Notes: a model not told the origin generated them from the sequence alone. A DNA stretch of 43,330 nucleotides from Chloroflexia bacterium (GCA_013697005.1 JACCXM010000368.1:1-43330); one strand, 5' to 3'. Positions 17,302 through 26,741 are shown, numbered from the stretch's first letter. Program-made: numbers and translations.

Positions 17302-17926
17302 AGGATGCGGTGGCACGGCGGCGGCGCACCCGGCTGAGGGCATCATCAGCATCCAGATTCGCCAATCCGTTTGTTGGCGCGATTGAGCCGTTGCTGAAAC
17401 CGCCAGTATCCAGATCGAGGTTGAACAGAGAAACATCGGAAAGAGGATCGGACTTGGTCGCAGCGGGCAGTGACAAAACAGCGTGCCCGCCCCTGGAGAC
17501 CGCAACATTCGTGGCTGGCCTTGCTTGCTTGGCAGCGCTGTTTGGTTTGCCGGCGGCAACCGCCGCCTTTGCTCCGGCTGCACCCTTGTTGGGAGAAGCG
17601 GCGCCAGATTTCAATGCACCGGCAGGAGACTTCTTCCCTGCCGCGGCGGTCTTCGTCGCGGATTTTTTCAGATCACCGCGCGCGCTCTTGCCCACTCCTT
17701 CGACTTCGTCTTGAATCGATTGTATTTCTCGTTTAAAACTCTTTTTGACTTCATCGACCTCGGCAAACGTTTTCTCAAATTCTCCGGTCAGGTCCGAACT
17801 CATGCGGCGGAAATCCCGGACCCACCGACCGACCTGGCCGGCGAGCTCCGGGAGCCGGCTGGGGCCAAAAATGACCAGGGCAACGACCAAGACGATGAAC
17901 ATTTCCTGATAACCGATACCAAACAT
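17279..17926 (-). CDS. Twin-arginine translocase TatA/TatB-family protein with a long Ala/Lys-rich tail
   Basis: MFGIGYQEMFIVLVVALVIFGPSRLPELAGQVGRWVRDFRR is the Tat TM helix with an FGP hinge and an amphipathic helix. A low-complexity tail of about 150 aa follows. The 3' end overlaps the tgt start by 23 nt. Confidence 0.75.
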   Translation of the reverse strand: MFGIGYQEMFIVLVVALVIFGPSRLPELAGQVGRWVRDFRRMSSDLTGEFEKTFAEVDEVKKSFKREIQSIQDEVEGVGKSARGDLKKSATKTAAAGKKSPAGALKSGAASPNKGAAGAKAAVAAGKPNSAAKQARPATNVAVSRGGHAVLSLPAATKSDPLSDVSLFNLDLDTGGFSNGSIAPTNGLANLDADDALSRVRRRRATASYGQRHSA

Positions 17927-18048
17927 CGGCGGAGTATCCTCGTTGAAACACATTTCGGCATTCGTGCCCGAGCACGCAGCCGTGGCAAAATCGCGGGTGG
18001 AGTATAGCATCCGCCACGGAAGCTCCATTCTGAAGAGGTGGGTCAATT

Positions 18049-18798
18049 GTGAAGATCGTCGTCGGTTTGGGCAATCCCGGTCGCGACTATGAACGAACGC
18101 GGCACAACCTCGGGTTCATGGTCGTGGACGAGCTTGGATTGCGCCTCACGGCTGGCAACAAGCGCAGCCGATTCCGCGCCACGATGACGGAGGCCCATGT
18201 CGACGGCGAAAAACTTGTCTTGGTCAAACCTCAAACTTTCATGAATCTGAGCGGTACATCGGTTCGTGAAGCAGTGAGCTGGTACAAGGTTCGGCTAGAG
18301 AACTTGCTTGTCGTCGCGGACGACATCGACTTGCCGTTCGGAACGATACGTTTGCGGGCCGGTGGCAGTTCTGGTGGTCACAATGGCCTTAAATCGATCT
18401 TCACCGCACTCGGCTCCGAACAGATTTCCCGGCTGAAAATTGGAATCGGTCGCGGCCAAGGTGCAGCCACGCGCCAGGTCTTGACCCGATTCAGTCCAGA
18501 GGAAGAACGATTGTTGCCCTATTTGGTGCAGGCCGCGGCCGACTGCGTTCTTGACTGGAACGGCAATGGCATTACCAGCGCCATGAATCGATGCAACCGA
18601 AAGCTCCCGGGCTCACCGGAGGCGCGCAACCCGGAGCCGGCAGTGGCATCCGGTATGGTTTCTTCAATCGATACTGAACCACGTGCGACGGAAGCAACGC
18701 TCATGCAGCTCGCTCATACGGACTCCTATTCGCTGGCCGCTTATCGCCGGTTGGCATCCTGGTGGAAACGCAATCGTGGTCAACATGACCAAAGGTGA
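18049..18798 (+). CDS. pth: Peptidyl-tRNA hydrolase with a C-terminal extension of about 60 aa
   Basis: KIVVGLGNPGRDYERTRHNLGF and GGHNGLKS motifs. GTG start. The extension is discussed under findings. Confidence 0.9.
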   Translation: MKIVVGLGNPGRDYERTRHNLGFMVVDELGLRLTAGNKRSRFRATMTEAHVDGEKLVLVKPQTFMNLSGTSVREAVSWYKVRLENLLVVADDIDLPFGTIRLRAGGSSGGHNGLKSIFTALGSEQISRLKIGIGRGQGAATRQVLTRFSPEEERLLPYLVQAAADCVLDWNGNGITSAMNRCNRKLPGSPEARNPEPAVASGMVSSIDTEPRATEATLMQLAHTDSYSLAAYRRLASWWKRNRGQHDQR

Positions 18799-19666
18799 TA
18801 GCACGGTGATTGCGGAGTCCGCACCGATACTACGAGTGCTCATTGTCGGCGCCGGAACGATGGGAACCGGCATTGCCCAGGTGATCGCGGAGGCAGGCAT
18901 CGACACCGTCCTTCATGACAGCGATCCAAATAGCCTGTCCCGCGGCCGTTCCGCGATCGTCTCCCGGTGGCAGCGGATGACCGCATCGGCCAAGCGGACC
19001 GCCGCTGATGTCGCGGCGTTCGAGCAACGACTGACCGCCGGTGGCATCCAGGACGCCGCGGGTGCTGACCTGATCATCGAAGCCATTGTCGAAAAGCTGG
19101 AGGCAAAGACGGAACTCTTCGCGCTCTTGGCAACAATCGCACCGCCCCCGACGCTCTTTGCCTCGAATACTTCGTCAATTGCGATTACAGCTTTGGGAAA
19201 CGCTTCTGGAAGACCGGATCGGTTCGTTGGCATGCATTTTTTCAACCCCGTCCCGGTATTGCCGCTAGTCGAGATTGTGCGAGGTCAAGAAACGAGCGAA
19301 GCGACTATCCAGACAAGCGTGAGCTTCGCGGAAAAAATCGGAAAATCCCCAGTACTCGTCAACGATGCGCCGGGATTTGTGGCAAACCGAATTCTCCTGC
19401 CAATGATCAATGAGGCGGTTTTTGCATTGCAGGAGGGCGTGGCGACCAAGGAGGCGATCGACAAGATCATGAAACTCGGCATGGCGCATCCAATGGGTCC
19501 GCTAGCGCTAGCCGACTTGATCGGACTTGACATCTGCCTCGATATTCTGGAGACACTTCATCGCGATTTTGGCGATGACAAATACCGACCCGCGCCGCTG
19601 CTTCGGCGGATGGTCGCGGCGGGGACAGTCGGGCGCAAATCAGGACGCGGTTTTTATGAATACTGA
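18785..19666 (+). CDS. hbd: 3-hydroxybutyryl-CoA / 3-hydroxyacyl-CoA dehydrogenase
   Basis: Rossmann motif [13 protein letters not shown], with [15 protein letters not shown] and the C-terminal [13 protein letters not shown]. Start at ATG 18785, overlapping the pth end by 14 nt. Confidence 0.88.
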   Translation: MTKGDSTVIAESAPILRVLIVGAGTMGTGIAQVIAEAGIDTVLHDSDPNSLSRGRSAIVSRWQRMTASAKRTAADVAAFEQRLTAGGIQDAAGADLIIEAIVEKLEAKTELFALLATIAPPPTLFASNTSSIAITALGNASGRPDRFVGMHFFNPVPVLPLVEIVRGQETSEATIQTSVSFAEKIGKSPVLVNDAPGFVANRILLPMINEAVFALQEGVATKEAIDKIMKLGMAHPMGPLALADLIGLDICLDILETLHRDFGDDKYRPAPLLRRMVAAGTVGRKSGRGFYEY

Positions 19667-20138
19667 ATCCAAAGCGACCACAGATAACGATTCCGTTCAC
19701 CAACCACCCATCGGTGAAAGTCAGGGCGAACGCCCTCCTGTGCGGGTCCTGATTGCGAAACCCGGGCTCGATGGACACGATCGCGGCGCTAAAGTTCTCG
19801 TCCGGGCGTTGCGCGACGCGGGATTCGAAGTCGTCTATACGGGTCTTTTTCAGACGCCCGAAATGATTGCCGCGGCGGCCTTGCAAGAAGACGTACAAGT
19901 TATCGGACTCAGCATCCTTTCGGGCGCCCACATGACGCTGTTCCCCCGCATTATTGAGGAGCTCCGGCTGTGCGGGCTCGCCGACGTATTGGTTGTCGCT
20001 GGCGGCACAATTCCTAAAGCAGACATCGCCGCAATCAAGGCGCTTGGTGTAGGCGAAGTGTTTGGACCTGGTACCCAATTGACGACGATTGTCGAGTACA
20101 TCACGCGGAATGCGCCGGCGCCCTCACCTCCATGGTGA
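19656..20138 (+). CDS. Stand-alone cobalamin (B12)-binding subunit of an acyl-CoA mutase (methylmalonyl/isobutyryl-CoA mutase C-terminal domain)
   Basis: [33 protein letters not shown] carries the DxHxxG B12-binding motif, and SILSGAH is also present. ATG 19656 overlaps the end of hbd. Confidence 0.85.
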   Translation: MNTESKATTDNDSVHQPPIGESQGERPPVRVLIAKPGLDGHDRGAKVLVRALRDAGFEVVYTGLFQTPEMIAAAALQEDVQVIGLSILSGAHMTLFPRIIEELRLCGLADVLVVAGGTIPKADIAAIKALGVGEVFGPGTQLTTIVEYITRNAPAPSPPW

Positions 20139-21091
20139 ACGCCAGCCAGCTTGTCGAACGACTCCGCGATGACAAGCGGGCCCTTCCGCGTCTTATGACA
20201 CTGGTCGAAAACGAGGATCCATTCGCCCTGCAGATGCTAGACGCGTTATTTCCACTCACCGGCCGTGCTCATGTGGTAGGCATCACCGGATCGCCGGGGA
20301 CTGGCAAGAGTTCGCTCATTGCCTCCCTCGTCGATCGGATTCGGATCTCTGGCCGACCGGTCGCGGTATTGGCGATCGATCCTTCGAGTCCCGTTTCGGG
20401 CGGTGCGGTTCTGGGCGATCGCATTCGCATGTTGGCAAGATTCGCCGACAGCGGAGTGTATGTGCGAAGTATGGCGAGCAGGGGTCGCCAAGGGGGACTT
20501 GCCTGGGCTACCGCGGAGCTCGTCCATCTGCTTGACGCCGCCGGCTTTCCGTTGATTCTGGTCGAAACCGTTGGCACGGGTCAGGACGGTACCGATATTG
20601 CCGTACTCGCGGATTCTGTTGTCGTCGTGCAGTCGCCGGGACTGGGAGACGGGGTGCAAGCAATCAAGGCGGGAATCCTGGAAATTGGCGATGTCGTGGT
20701 CGTCAACAAATCCGACCAACCGGGAGCTGACCAGATGGTACGCCTGCTTCGGAACTCTTTTGGGCTCGGTCAATCGAGTAGCAACCGCGCAGTTCCTGTT
20801 CTGGCCTCTAATGCCCTGTCCGGAGAAGGGGTGGACTCCGTACTCGCGGCCATTGACGCACATTGCGATTGGCTCGATCAAAATGGCGACCGAGCGGTGC
20901 GGCGGGAACGCGGTGCGCGGGCGGAAGTTCTTTCCGGCCTGCGCACATCGTTGGAACGACGTTTGGCGCAGCGGCCGGAAAGCTCTCCGGCACTGACAAA
21001 TGCGATCGCTCGTGTGACGCGAAGGGAAATGACGCCGCGTCGTGCGGTCGAGATGCTAACCGCTCCCCTCACCGGGAGTAATGTATCGTGA
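20132..21091 (+). CDS. meaB: Methylmalonyl-CoA mutase-associated G-protein chaperone MeaB/ArgK
   Basis: [13 protein letters not shown]-loop, [20 protein letters not shown], and NKSD. The ATG overlaps the mutase-subunit stop. Confidence 0.88.
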   Translation: MVNASQLVERLRDDKRALPRLMTLVENEDPFALQMLDALFPLTGRAHVVGITGSPGTGKSSLIASLVDRIRISGRPVAVLAIDPSSPVSGGAVLGDRIRMLARFADSGVYVRSMASRGRQGGLAWATAELVHLLDAAGFPLILVETVGTGQDGTDIAVLADSVVVVQSPGLGDGVQAIKAGILEIGDVVVVNKSDQPGADQMVRLLRNSFGLGQSSSNRAVPVLASNALSGEGVDSVLAAIDAHCDWLDQNGDRAVRRERGARAEVLSGLRTSLERRLAQRPESSPALTNAIARVTRREMTPRRAVEMLTAPLTGSNVS

Positions 21092-21859
21092 TTCGGCAGC
21101 GCGGTTCGCAATCAATGCCGCAGCCGCGCCAGCACCAATGCCATTGTCGATGTTGACGACGACCAAGCCGGGCGCACACGATTGCAACATCGTCGTCAGC
21201 GCTCCGATTCCGCCACCGCCCAATCCGTACCCCACTGACGTGGGGACCCCAATGACCGGTACGTCGATGAGACCAGAGACAACAGCCGGTAAAGCGCCGT
21301 CCATCCCCGCAGCGACGACAATCACATCGACTCCTTCGGTCGCTAATCGCTCCAACGGAGCGACCAACCGGTGCAATCCGGCGATGCCAACATCCCAGGC
21401 GACGGCAACGGTTGCCCCCATCTCGGCGGCCATCAGCGCCGCTTCCGATCCGATTGGAATATCGGACGTTCCAGCGCTAATAACTCCGACCTTGCCTCCC
21501 ATATCCGGACACCTTGCACCTGGCCGCGAGGCGACCACCGCACGCGCAAGCGCATGGACTTCTGAAGTAAATTCCGGTTCAAGCAGCGCGCCGATCACGT
21601 TCAGTTGGTCGCCGGAAACACGGCTCGCCAATGCTCGCCCGTTTGCATGAGCCAGTTCGCGCAAGGCTGCGGCAACATCTTCCGCACTTTTTCCTGCCGC
21701 GAACACGACTTCGGGAATGCCGGTTCTTTGCTGACGGTGCGGATCAACTCGAATCGCTACCTCGTGACGCAAACTGGGGTTCCCAAATTCAGGTTCCCGC
21801 CCAAGAGCGTTGCTCAAATCGATAAATGGCGATCTCCTGTTCCGTCCGGTCATCCTCAC
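21056..21859 (-). CDS. larB: LarB-like AIR carboxylase-family protein (nickel-pincer cofactor biosynthesis)
   Basis: N-terminal RQQRTGIPEVVFAAGKS and a PurE-like core GVISAGTSDIPIGSEA...VVAAGMDGALPAVVSGLIDVPVIGVPTSVGYG. Confidence 0.8.
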   Translation of the reverse strand: MRMTGRNRRSPFIDLSNALGREPEFGNPSLRHEVAIRVDPHRQQRTGIPEVVFAAGKSAEDVAAALRELAHANGRALASRVSGDQLNVIGALLEPEFTSEVHALARAVVASRPGARCPDMGGKVGVISAGTSDIPIGSEAALMAAEMGATVAVAWDVGIAGLHRLVAPLERLATEGVDVIVVAAGMDGALPAVVSGLIDVPVIGVPTSVGYGLGGGGIGALTTMLQSCAPGLVVVNIDNGIGAGAAAALIANRAAESRYITPGEGSG

Positions 21860-22674
21860 GGAACTCCGGCCAGTACACGCTCGATTGCCACATCAGTCGG
21901 TATTGAAATCTCGCTGGGCGCCATAAGTGCCAGAAACTCGACATTTCCTGCCGGACCGCGCAGGGGCGAGGCGTGAAGGCCAATCACGCCCAGGTCGAGC
22001 TGCCGTGCTGTTTCGAATAGGCTCTGCAATACTTGGCAATGCGTGGTCGGATCGCGAACGACCCCTCCTCTGCCGACCGCACCGCGACCGGCCTCAAATT
22101 GCGGTTTCACGAGTGCCAGGATATGACCGTCCTCTTTCATCACTCGTTGGGCCGCCGGAAGTACGAGTTTCAAACTAATAAACGAGACATCAATCGTCAC
22201 CAGATCTGTCACCTCAGCTAACGATTCGAGGTTTCGCACATTGACGCGGTCCATCACGACAACGCGAGCATCGCGGCGCAACTTGTCGACAATCTGACCA
22301 TACCCCACGTCGATGGCGAAGACTCGCGCCGCGCCGCGCTGCAACAGGCAGTCGGTGAAGCCACCCGTGCTCGCGCCGAAATCAGCGCAAACCATGTTGC
22401 GGACATCGAAATCGAACGCGTTCAGAGCGGACTCGAGTTTCTCGCCCCCGCGACTGGCATAGCGGGGTGGGGCCTTTAGTGAAAGCGCGTCATCCCTGCG
22501 GATATTCGCTCCAGCGTGCGTTACCGCCTCTCCATTGACCATGGCGTTGCCAGCTAGAATGAGCGCTCTGGCACGCGACCGAGTCTCCGCAAGCCCGCGT
22601 TCCACGAGCGCCTCATCGAGGCGATAGCGGTCCCGCCTGGGAATCGTTCTGCCGTTCCCTGCTTCAGGCCTCAA
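21856..22674 (-). CDS. tlyA: TlyA-family rRNA (cytidine-2'-O)-methyltransferase
   Basis: S4-like N-terminus RLDEALVERGLAETRSRARALI and the SAM motif DFGASTGGFTDCLLQRGA. 4-nt overlap with larB. Confidence 0.85.
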   Translation of the reverse strand: MRPEAGNGRTIPRRDRYRLDEALVERGLAETRSRARALILAGNAMVNGEAVTHAGANIRRDDALSLKAPPRYASRGGEKLESALNAFDFDVRNMVCADFGASTGGFTDCLLQRGAARVFAIDVGYGQIVDKLRRDARVVVMDRVNVRNLESLAEVTDLVTIDVSFISLKLVLPAAQRVMKEDGHILALVKPQFEAGRGAVGRGGVVRDPTTHCQVLQSLFETARQLDLGVIGLHASPLRGPAGNVEFLALMAPSEISIPTDVAIERVLAGVP

Positions 22675-23152
22675 CGCGAGCTCGAAATGGCGCCACCTGG
22701 ACGTGACAGATGGCTACCGCCAGCGCGTCGGCGGCATCGTCCGGTTGCGGCGCAGTTGACAATCCGAGCATGATACGGACCATCTCCTGAATTTGCCGCT
22801 TGTCTGCTTTTCCGTAACCGACGACTGCCTGCTTCACTTCTGATGGAGTGTATTCAGAAACGGGGATTCCGCGCTCAGCCGCCGTCAGCAAGATTACCCC
22901 TCGCGCTTGGCCGACCGTCATCGCCGTTGTCACGTTGCGGGCAAAAAAGAGCAGTTCGACAGCAACCGACGTCGGTCGAAAACGATCAATTAGAGTGCCA
23001 ACTGCCTCATGAATCACCAGTAGCCGCTGAGCCATTGGCAATGCCGCGTCCGTGACGATGACGCCAAAATCGATTGCCCTCGGGTCGGGTTCACTCTCGA
23101 TGACACCATAACCGAGGCGCGCGGTTCCGGGATCGAATCCGATCGCTATCAT
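22664..23152 (-). CDS. ruvC: Crossover junction endodeoxyribonuclease RuvC
   Basis: MIAIGFDPGTARLGYGVIE N-terminus (catalytic Asp), with the C-terminal DAADALAVAICH motif. Located downstream of yebC, as in many bacteria. Confidence 0.9.
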   Translation of the reverse strand: MIAIGFDPGTARLGYGVIESEPDPRAIDFGVIVTDAALPMAQRLLVIHEAVGTLIDRFRPTSVAVELLFFARNVTTAMTVGQARGVILLTAAERGIPVSEYTPSEVKQAVVGYGKADKRQIQEMVRIMLGLSTAPQPDDAADALAVAICHVQVAPFRARVEA

Positions 23153-23176
23153 GCTTGGCGCCCTTGGGAACACATC

Positions 23177-23923
23177 TTACATTGCCGCCGCCAAAACTTC
23201 GTCATTGACATCGATATTGGTAAAGACCTCCTGCACGTCATCCAGGTCTTCGAGCTTTTCCACCAATCGAATGACCTTGACGGCGACTTCGGGCTCCGGT
23301 GCGACCAGCGCTTTCGGACGCATGGTCAACTGTGCACCCTCTACTACGTATCCAGCCGCCAAAAGAGCCTCACGAGTGCGATGAAGTTCAGCCGGGTCGG
23401 TGTAGACCACGACCACACTCTGTTCAGATTCAACGTCGCTCGCACCCGCGTCGATAGCGACCAACGCCACCTCATCCGGATCTAAATCACCGGCCGGGAC
23501 CTCGATGACGCCCATCTGATCAAACATCCAACCGACACTGCCATTTTCTCCGAGCGTCCCTCCCGAGCGCGTCAAGGCAGCTCGGACCTCACCCACTGTG
23601 CGATTTCGGTTGTCGGTCTGGACCTGTATCATCAGCGCTGCCCCACCCGGTCCGTATCCTTCATAAAAAACTTCCTCGAATTGGTCGCCCGATCCGGCTC
23701 CGGCGGCACGCTGGATTGCCCGTTCGATATTGTCTTTCGGCATGTTGTTTGCTTTGGCCCGATCAACCGCGAGCCGAAGACGCGTATTGCTCTCGGGGTC
23801 TGGCACACCCTGGCGGGCAGCGATTGAAATTTCTCGTCCTAGTTTCGTGAAAAGTTGACCCCGTTTCGCATCAGCCGCACCTTTTTGACGCTTGATCGTC
23901 GACCATTTTGAATGTCCCGACAT
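23177..23923 (-). CDS. yebC: YebC/PmpR-family DNA-binding transcriptional regulator
   Basis: MSGHSKWSTIKRQKGAADAKRG is the family signature. AAGGAG Shine-Dalgarno 7 nt upstream of ATG 23923. Confidence 0.9.
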   Translation of the reverse strand: MSGHSKWSTIKRQKGAADAKRGQLFTKLGREISIAARQGVPDPESNTRLRLAVDRAKANNMPKDNIERAIQRAAGAGSGDQFEEVFYEGYGPGGAALMIQVQTDNRNRTVGEVRAALTRSGGTLGENGSVGWMFDQMGVIEVPAGDLDPDEVALVAIDAGASDVESEQSVVVVYTDPAELHRTREALLAAGYVVEGAQLTMRPKALVAPEPEVAVKVIRLVEKLEDLDDVQEVFTNIDVNDEVLAAAM

Positions 23924-24021
23924 GATGCCGCTCCTTGGACCGATCGGACGTTGGTCATGGCAGCGAACCAGTATAGGTGTTTCGTATCTCATCTTTTCTT
24001 TCGGATCAGACTGATAACCTC

Positions 24022-24050
24022 TTGAAATATGGGCAAAACTCCGCTAGACT
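24022..24050 (+). promoter_or_regulatory. Candidate sigma70-type promoter in the yebC-rpoD divergent region
   Basis: TTGAAA (24022-24027), a 17-nt spacer, then TAGACT (24045-24050) on the plus strand. The predicted start is near 24057, about 195 nt upstream of the rpoD ATG. Confidence 0.4.
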
Positions 24051-24162
24051 CTGCCCATACACAACGTCAGTAGCCGAGATCATTGAGCGCGGTCGTCGCG
24101 CAGTGAGCGGTCAATGCCAGCCCGCACTGGTCGTCATCCACCCGCAATAGCGTGACGCTACG

Positions 24163-24193
24163 CCCTCCGCTTTCGAGCGGTGGGTTTTTGTTT
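24163..24193 (+). terminator. Intrinsic-terminator-like hairpin plus U-tract upstream of rpoD
   Basis: CCCTCCGCT (24163-24171), TTCG loop, AGCGGTGGG (24176-24184) with one U-U mismatch, followed directly by TTTTTGTTT (24185-24193). The orientation is plus only, because the opposite strand has no U-tract after the stem. Confidence 0.55.
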
Positions 24194-24252
24194 GCCGTCC
24201 GCGCCACGCCCACGTCCTATCACATCGTGTCGAGGCCGCGCGTCGTCTGGAA

Positions 24253-25413
24253 ATGGTGACAGAGGCGATGGTGACGAATCTGATCGATAAAGGCAGAGAC
24301 CGCGGCTATCTCCTTTCCGACGAGGTCGTGGCCGCGTTTCCCAACGCGGAAGAGCATCTGGACATCCTGGAGGAGTTTTACTCTTCCTTGGTCGCGGAGG
24401 GAATCGAGGTCCTCGACCAGGCTCCCGTGAAGCCAGTGAATCGGCCGCGTGAAAGCGCACTCGATCGCAGTGCCGAACGAGCTGCGCAGGCTGAAGATCT
24501 CGCCTCCGGTGTTGGCGATTCTGTTCGCCTCTATCTCCAGGAGATTGGAGAGACCGATCTTCTTACGATGCAGGAAGAAGTCTGGCTCGCTAAACGAATG
24601 GAGCGAGGCAAGCTCGCCGAAGAACTGTTGCTGGACCCGGATCTGTCGGTGTCGATACGAGCCGCTCTCGACGCCGAAAAACTCGATGCTGAACTGGCCC
24701 GGGCGCACCTGATTCGGGCAAATCTTCGCCTGGTCGTCTCGGTAGCCAAAAAGTACGTCGGGCGCGGGTTGTCATTTCTGGATCTTATCCAGGAAGGCAA
24801 CATCGGTCTCATGAAGGCAACGGACAAGTTCGACTATAAGCGTGGGTTCAAATTTTCAACATACGCCACCTGGTGGATCCGGCAGGCCATCACAAGGGCC
24901 ATTTCCGATCAAAGCCGCACGATTCGCCTCCCTGTACACGTTGGCGAAACGATCAACCGCGTCAAGAAGACCGGCCACCGCTTGCAGCAGATTCTGGAGC
25001 GGGAGCCGACGCGGGAAGAGATCGCTCGCACGATGGACGTGTCCAATGACAAAGTGCGGCAGGTGCTCGATGTTTCGCGCCACCCCATCTCGCTTGAGGT
25101 GCCGGTCGGGCAGGATGGCGACGCATTCCTCGGCGACTTCATTGAGGATGCCTCCATGCCGCACCCATTGGAGTTAGCTTCCCAGGAATTGCTGAAAGCG
25201 CAAATCTGCGATGCCATCAGCAAGCTTACCGAACGTGAGCGGAAGATTATCGTCCTCCGTTTCGGGCTCGAAGACGGACGCTTTCGAACGCTGGAGGAGG
25301 TCGGACGTGAGTTCGGCATCACTCGTGAACGAATTCGCCAAATCGAAGCGAAGGCACTGCGCAAACTTCGTCATCCGAGTTACAGCCGCAAGTTGCGCGG
25401 CTACCTAGAATAG
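24253..25413 (+). CDS. rpoD: Primary RNA polymerase sigma factor (RpoD/SigA)
   Basis: Regions 1.2 through 4.2 are recognisable: [56 protein letters not shown], and [28 protein letters not shown]. Confidence 0.93.
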   Translation: MVTEAMVTNLIDKGRDRGYLLSDEVVAAFPNAEEHLDILEEFYSSLVAEGIEVLDQAPVKPVNRPRESALDRSAERAAQAEDLASGVGDSVRLYLQEIGETDLLTMQEEVWLAKRMERGKLAEELLLDPDLSVSIRAALDAEKLDAELARAHLIRANLRLVVSVAKKYVGRGLSFLDLIQEGNIGLMKATDKFDYKRGFKFSTYATWWIRQAITRAISDQSRTIRLPVHVGETINRVKKTGHRLQQILEREPTREEIARTMDVSNDKVRQVLDVSRHPISLEVPVGQDGDAFLGDFIEDASMPHPLELASQELLKAQICDAISKLTERERKIIVLRFGLEDGRFRTLEEVGREFGITRERIRQIEAKALRKLRHPSYSRKLRGYLE

Positions 25414-25472
25414 GGGTGGTTGCCACTTACCGAGAGGACTGCCAGGCCATCGGGATTGCGCTGGTTCGAATT

Positions 25473-26741
25473 TCAGTTCCGAAATCTCGAAAAGATCAGG
25501 GAAACGTTGTGCCCACCAAAGCCCATGGAGTTGCTCATCACGTGGTTGACGTCCGCGCGCCGAGACCCGTTTGGCACGTAGTCCAGATCGCAGTCTGGGT
25601 CAGGCATAGTCTGGTTGATGGTTGGCGGTAGCGTTCCTTCGGTCATTGCCATTATCGCAAAGGCAGCCTCGAGCGCTCCCGCTGCCCCCAGTAAATGACC
25701 GGTCATTGACTTCGTCGAACTGATCGGTACGTCGTATGCCGCCCCCCCGAACGCGGCTTTGATCGCCTCTGTTTCGAATTTCTCGTTGAGTTGAGTGGAT
25801 GTTCCGTGCGCATTTATGTATCCAACAGCATTCGGCACGATTCCGGCTCGTTTCAGCGCTAATCCCATCGCCTTCGCCGCGCCACTTCCGCCGGGCGCTG
25901 GTTGGACCATGTGATTGGCATCATCGGTCGATGCGTAACCCGTCAGTTCGGCGAGAACCCGTGCTCCGCGCGCAGCCGCATGTTCGGGACTTTCGAGAAT
26001 CAGTGCCGCCCCACCCTCACCGAGCACAAACCCATCGCGTTCCGCATCAAATGGCCTGCTCGCCGCGGCAGGATCGTCGTTCCGAGTGGATAATGCCCCC
26101 ATCGCGTTGAATCCTGCAACCACCATCCGGGCAATTGGTGCTTCGCTTCCGCCCGCGATCATGACGTCGGCGTCACCCCGGCGGATAATTTCAGCGGCCT
26201 CTCCGATGGCATGCGCCGAACTTGCACAGGCCGAGACCGGCGCGTAGTTAGGACCCCGCGCGCCAGTCATGATCGCCACGGTTCCCGCCGCCATGTTGCC
26301 GAGGAACATCGGCATGAAGAACGGGCTCAACCGTCCCGGTCCCTCACGGAGCACGGTTTCCATACCAACGTCGAGTGTTTCGGCGCCGCCCATGCCCGAA
26401 CCCATCAGGACTCCGACCCGATCGGCATTGGTCTCGGTAATAGCAAACTGAGCGTGTTCGAGTGCCTCCAAAGCCGCTGCCACAGCAAAATGGGTGTACC
26501 GATCAGTACGCCGCGCATCCTTCCGTCCCATACGCTCGACCGGATCGAAATCCTTGACCTCGGCCGCGAACGTGGTCTGGTAATCCTTCGGGTCGAAACG
26601 AGTGATTGGAGCGGCACCCGACCGGCCAGCCATGATCCCTGCCCACGACGTGCAGAGATTCAGCCCAAGCGGGGAGACCAGCCCCACGCCGGTGACCACG
26701 ATCCTTGCGCGTAGTGGCTGTGAGATGAGCGCATCAGTCAC
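25473..26741 (-). CDS. fabF: Beta-ketoacyl-ACP synthase II
   Basis: RIVVTGVGLVSPLG N-terminus, active-site ACASSAHAIG, and the HGTST and NSMGFGGHN motifs. Confidence 0.92.
   Translation of the reverse strand: MTDALISQPLRARIVVTGVGLVSPLGLNLCTSWAGIMAGRSGAAPITRFDPKDYQTTFAAEVKDFDPVERMGRKDARRTDRYTHFAVAAALEALEHAQFAITETNADRVGVLMGSGMGGAETLDVGMETVLREGPGRLSPFFMPMFLGNMAAGTVAIMTGARGPNYAPVSACASSAHAIGEAAEIIRRGDADVMIAGGSEAPIARMVVAGFNAMGALSTRNDDPAAASRPFDAERDGFVLGEGGAALILESPEHAAARGARVLAELTGYASTDDANHMVQPAPGGSGAAKAMGLALKRAGIVPNAVGYINAHGTSTQLNEKFETEAIKAAFGGAAYDVPISSTKSMTGHLLGAAGALEAAFAIMAMTEGTLPPTINQTMPDPDCDLDYVPNGSRRADVNHVMSNSMGFGGHNVSLIFSRFRN

Noticed and set aside
16102-17583. Long N-terminal extensions offered by the ORF track for tgt (493 aa). 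The same applies to hemW (from 4834), hbd (from 18683), the B12 subunit (from 19527), yebC (from 23992), holA (from 27029), rpsT (to 28553), acpS (to 16087), the CBS protein (to 14601) and the first bactofilin (from 41298).
   Set aside because: The extensions overlap upstream genes or intergenic DNA, have no counterpart in the known families, and are Arg/Pro/Cys-rich, as expected for non-coding GC-rich sequence. Internal starts that match the family N-termini, often with a Shine-Dalgarno, were used instead.
24158-24708. Minus-strand ORFs (100 aa and 162 aa) covering the rpoD leader and 5' region
   Set aside because: They are antisense to the unambiguous rpoD frame and to the promoter/terminator region. 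Their composition is Arg/Pro-rich and they show no motifs.
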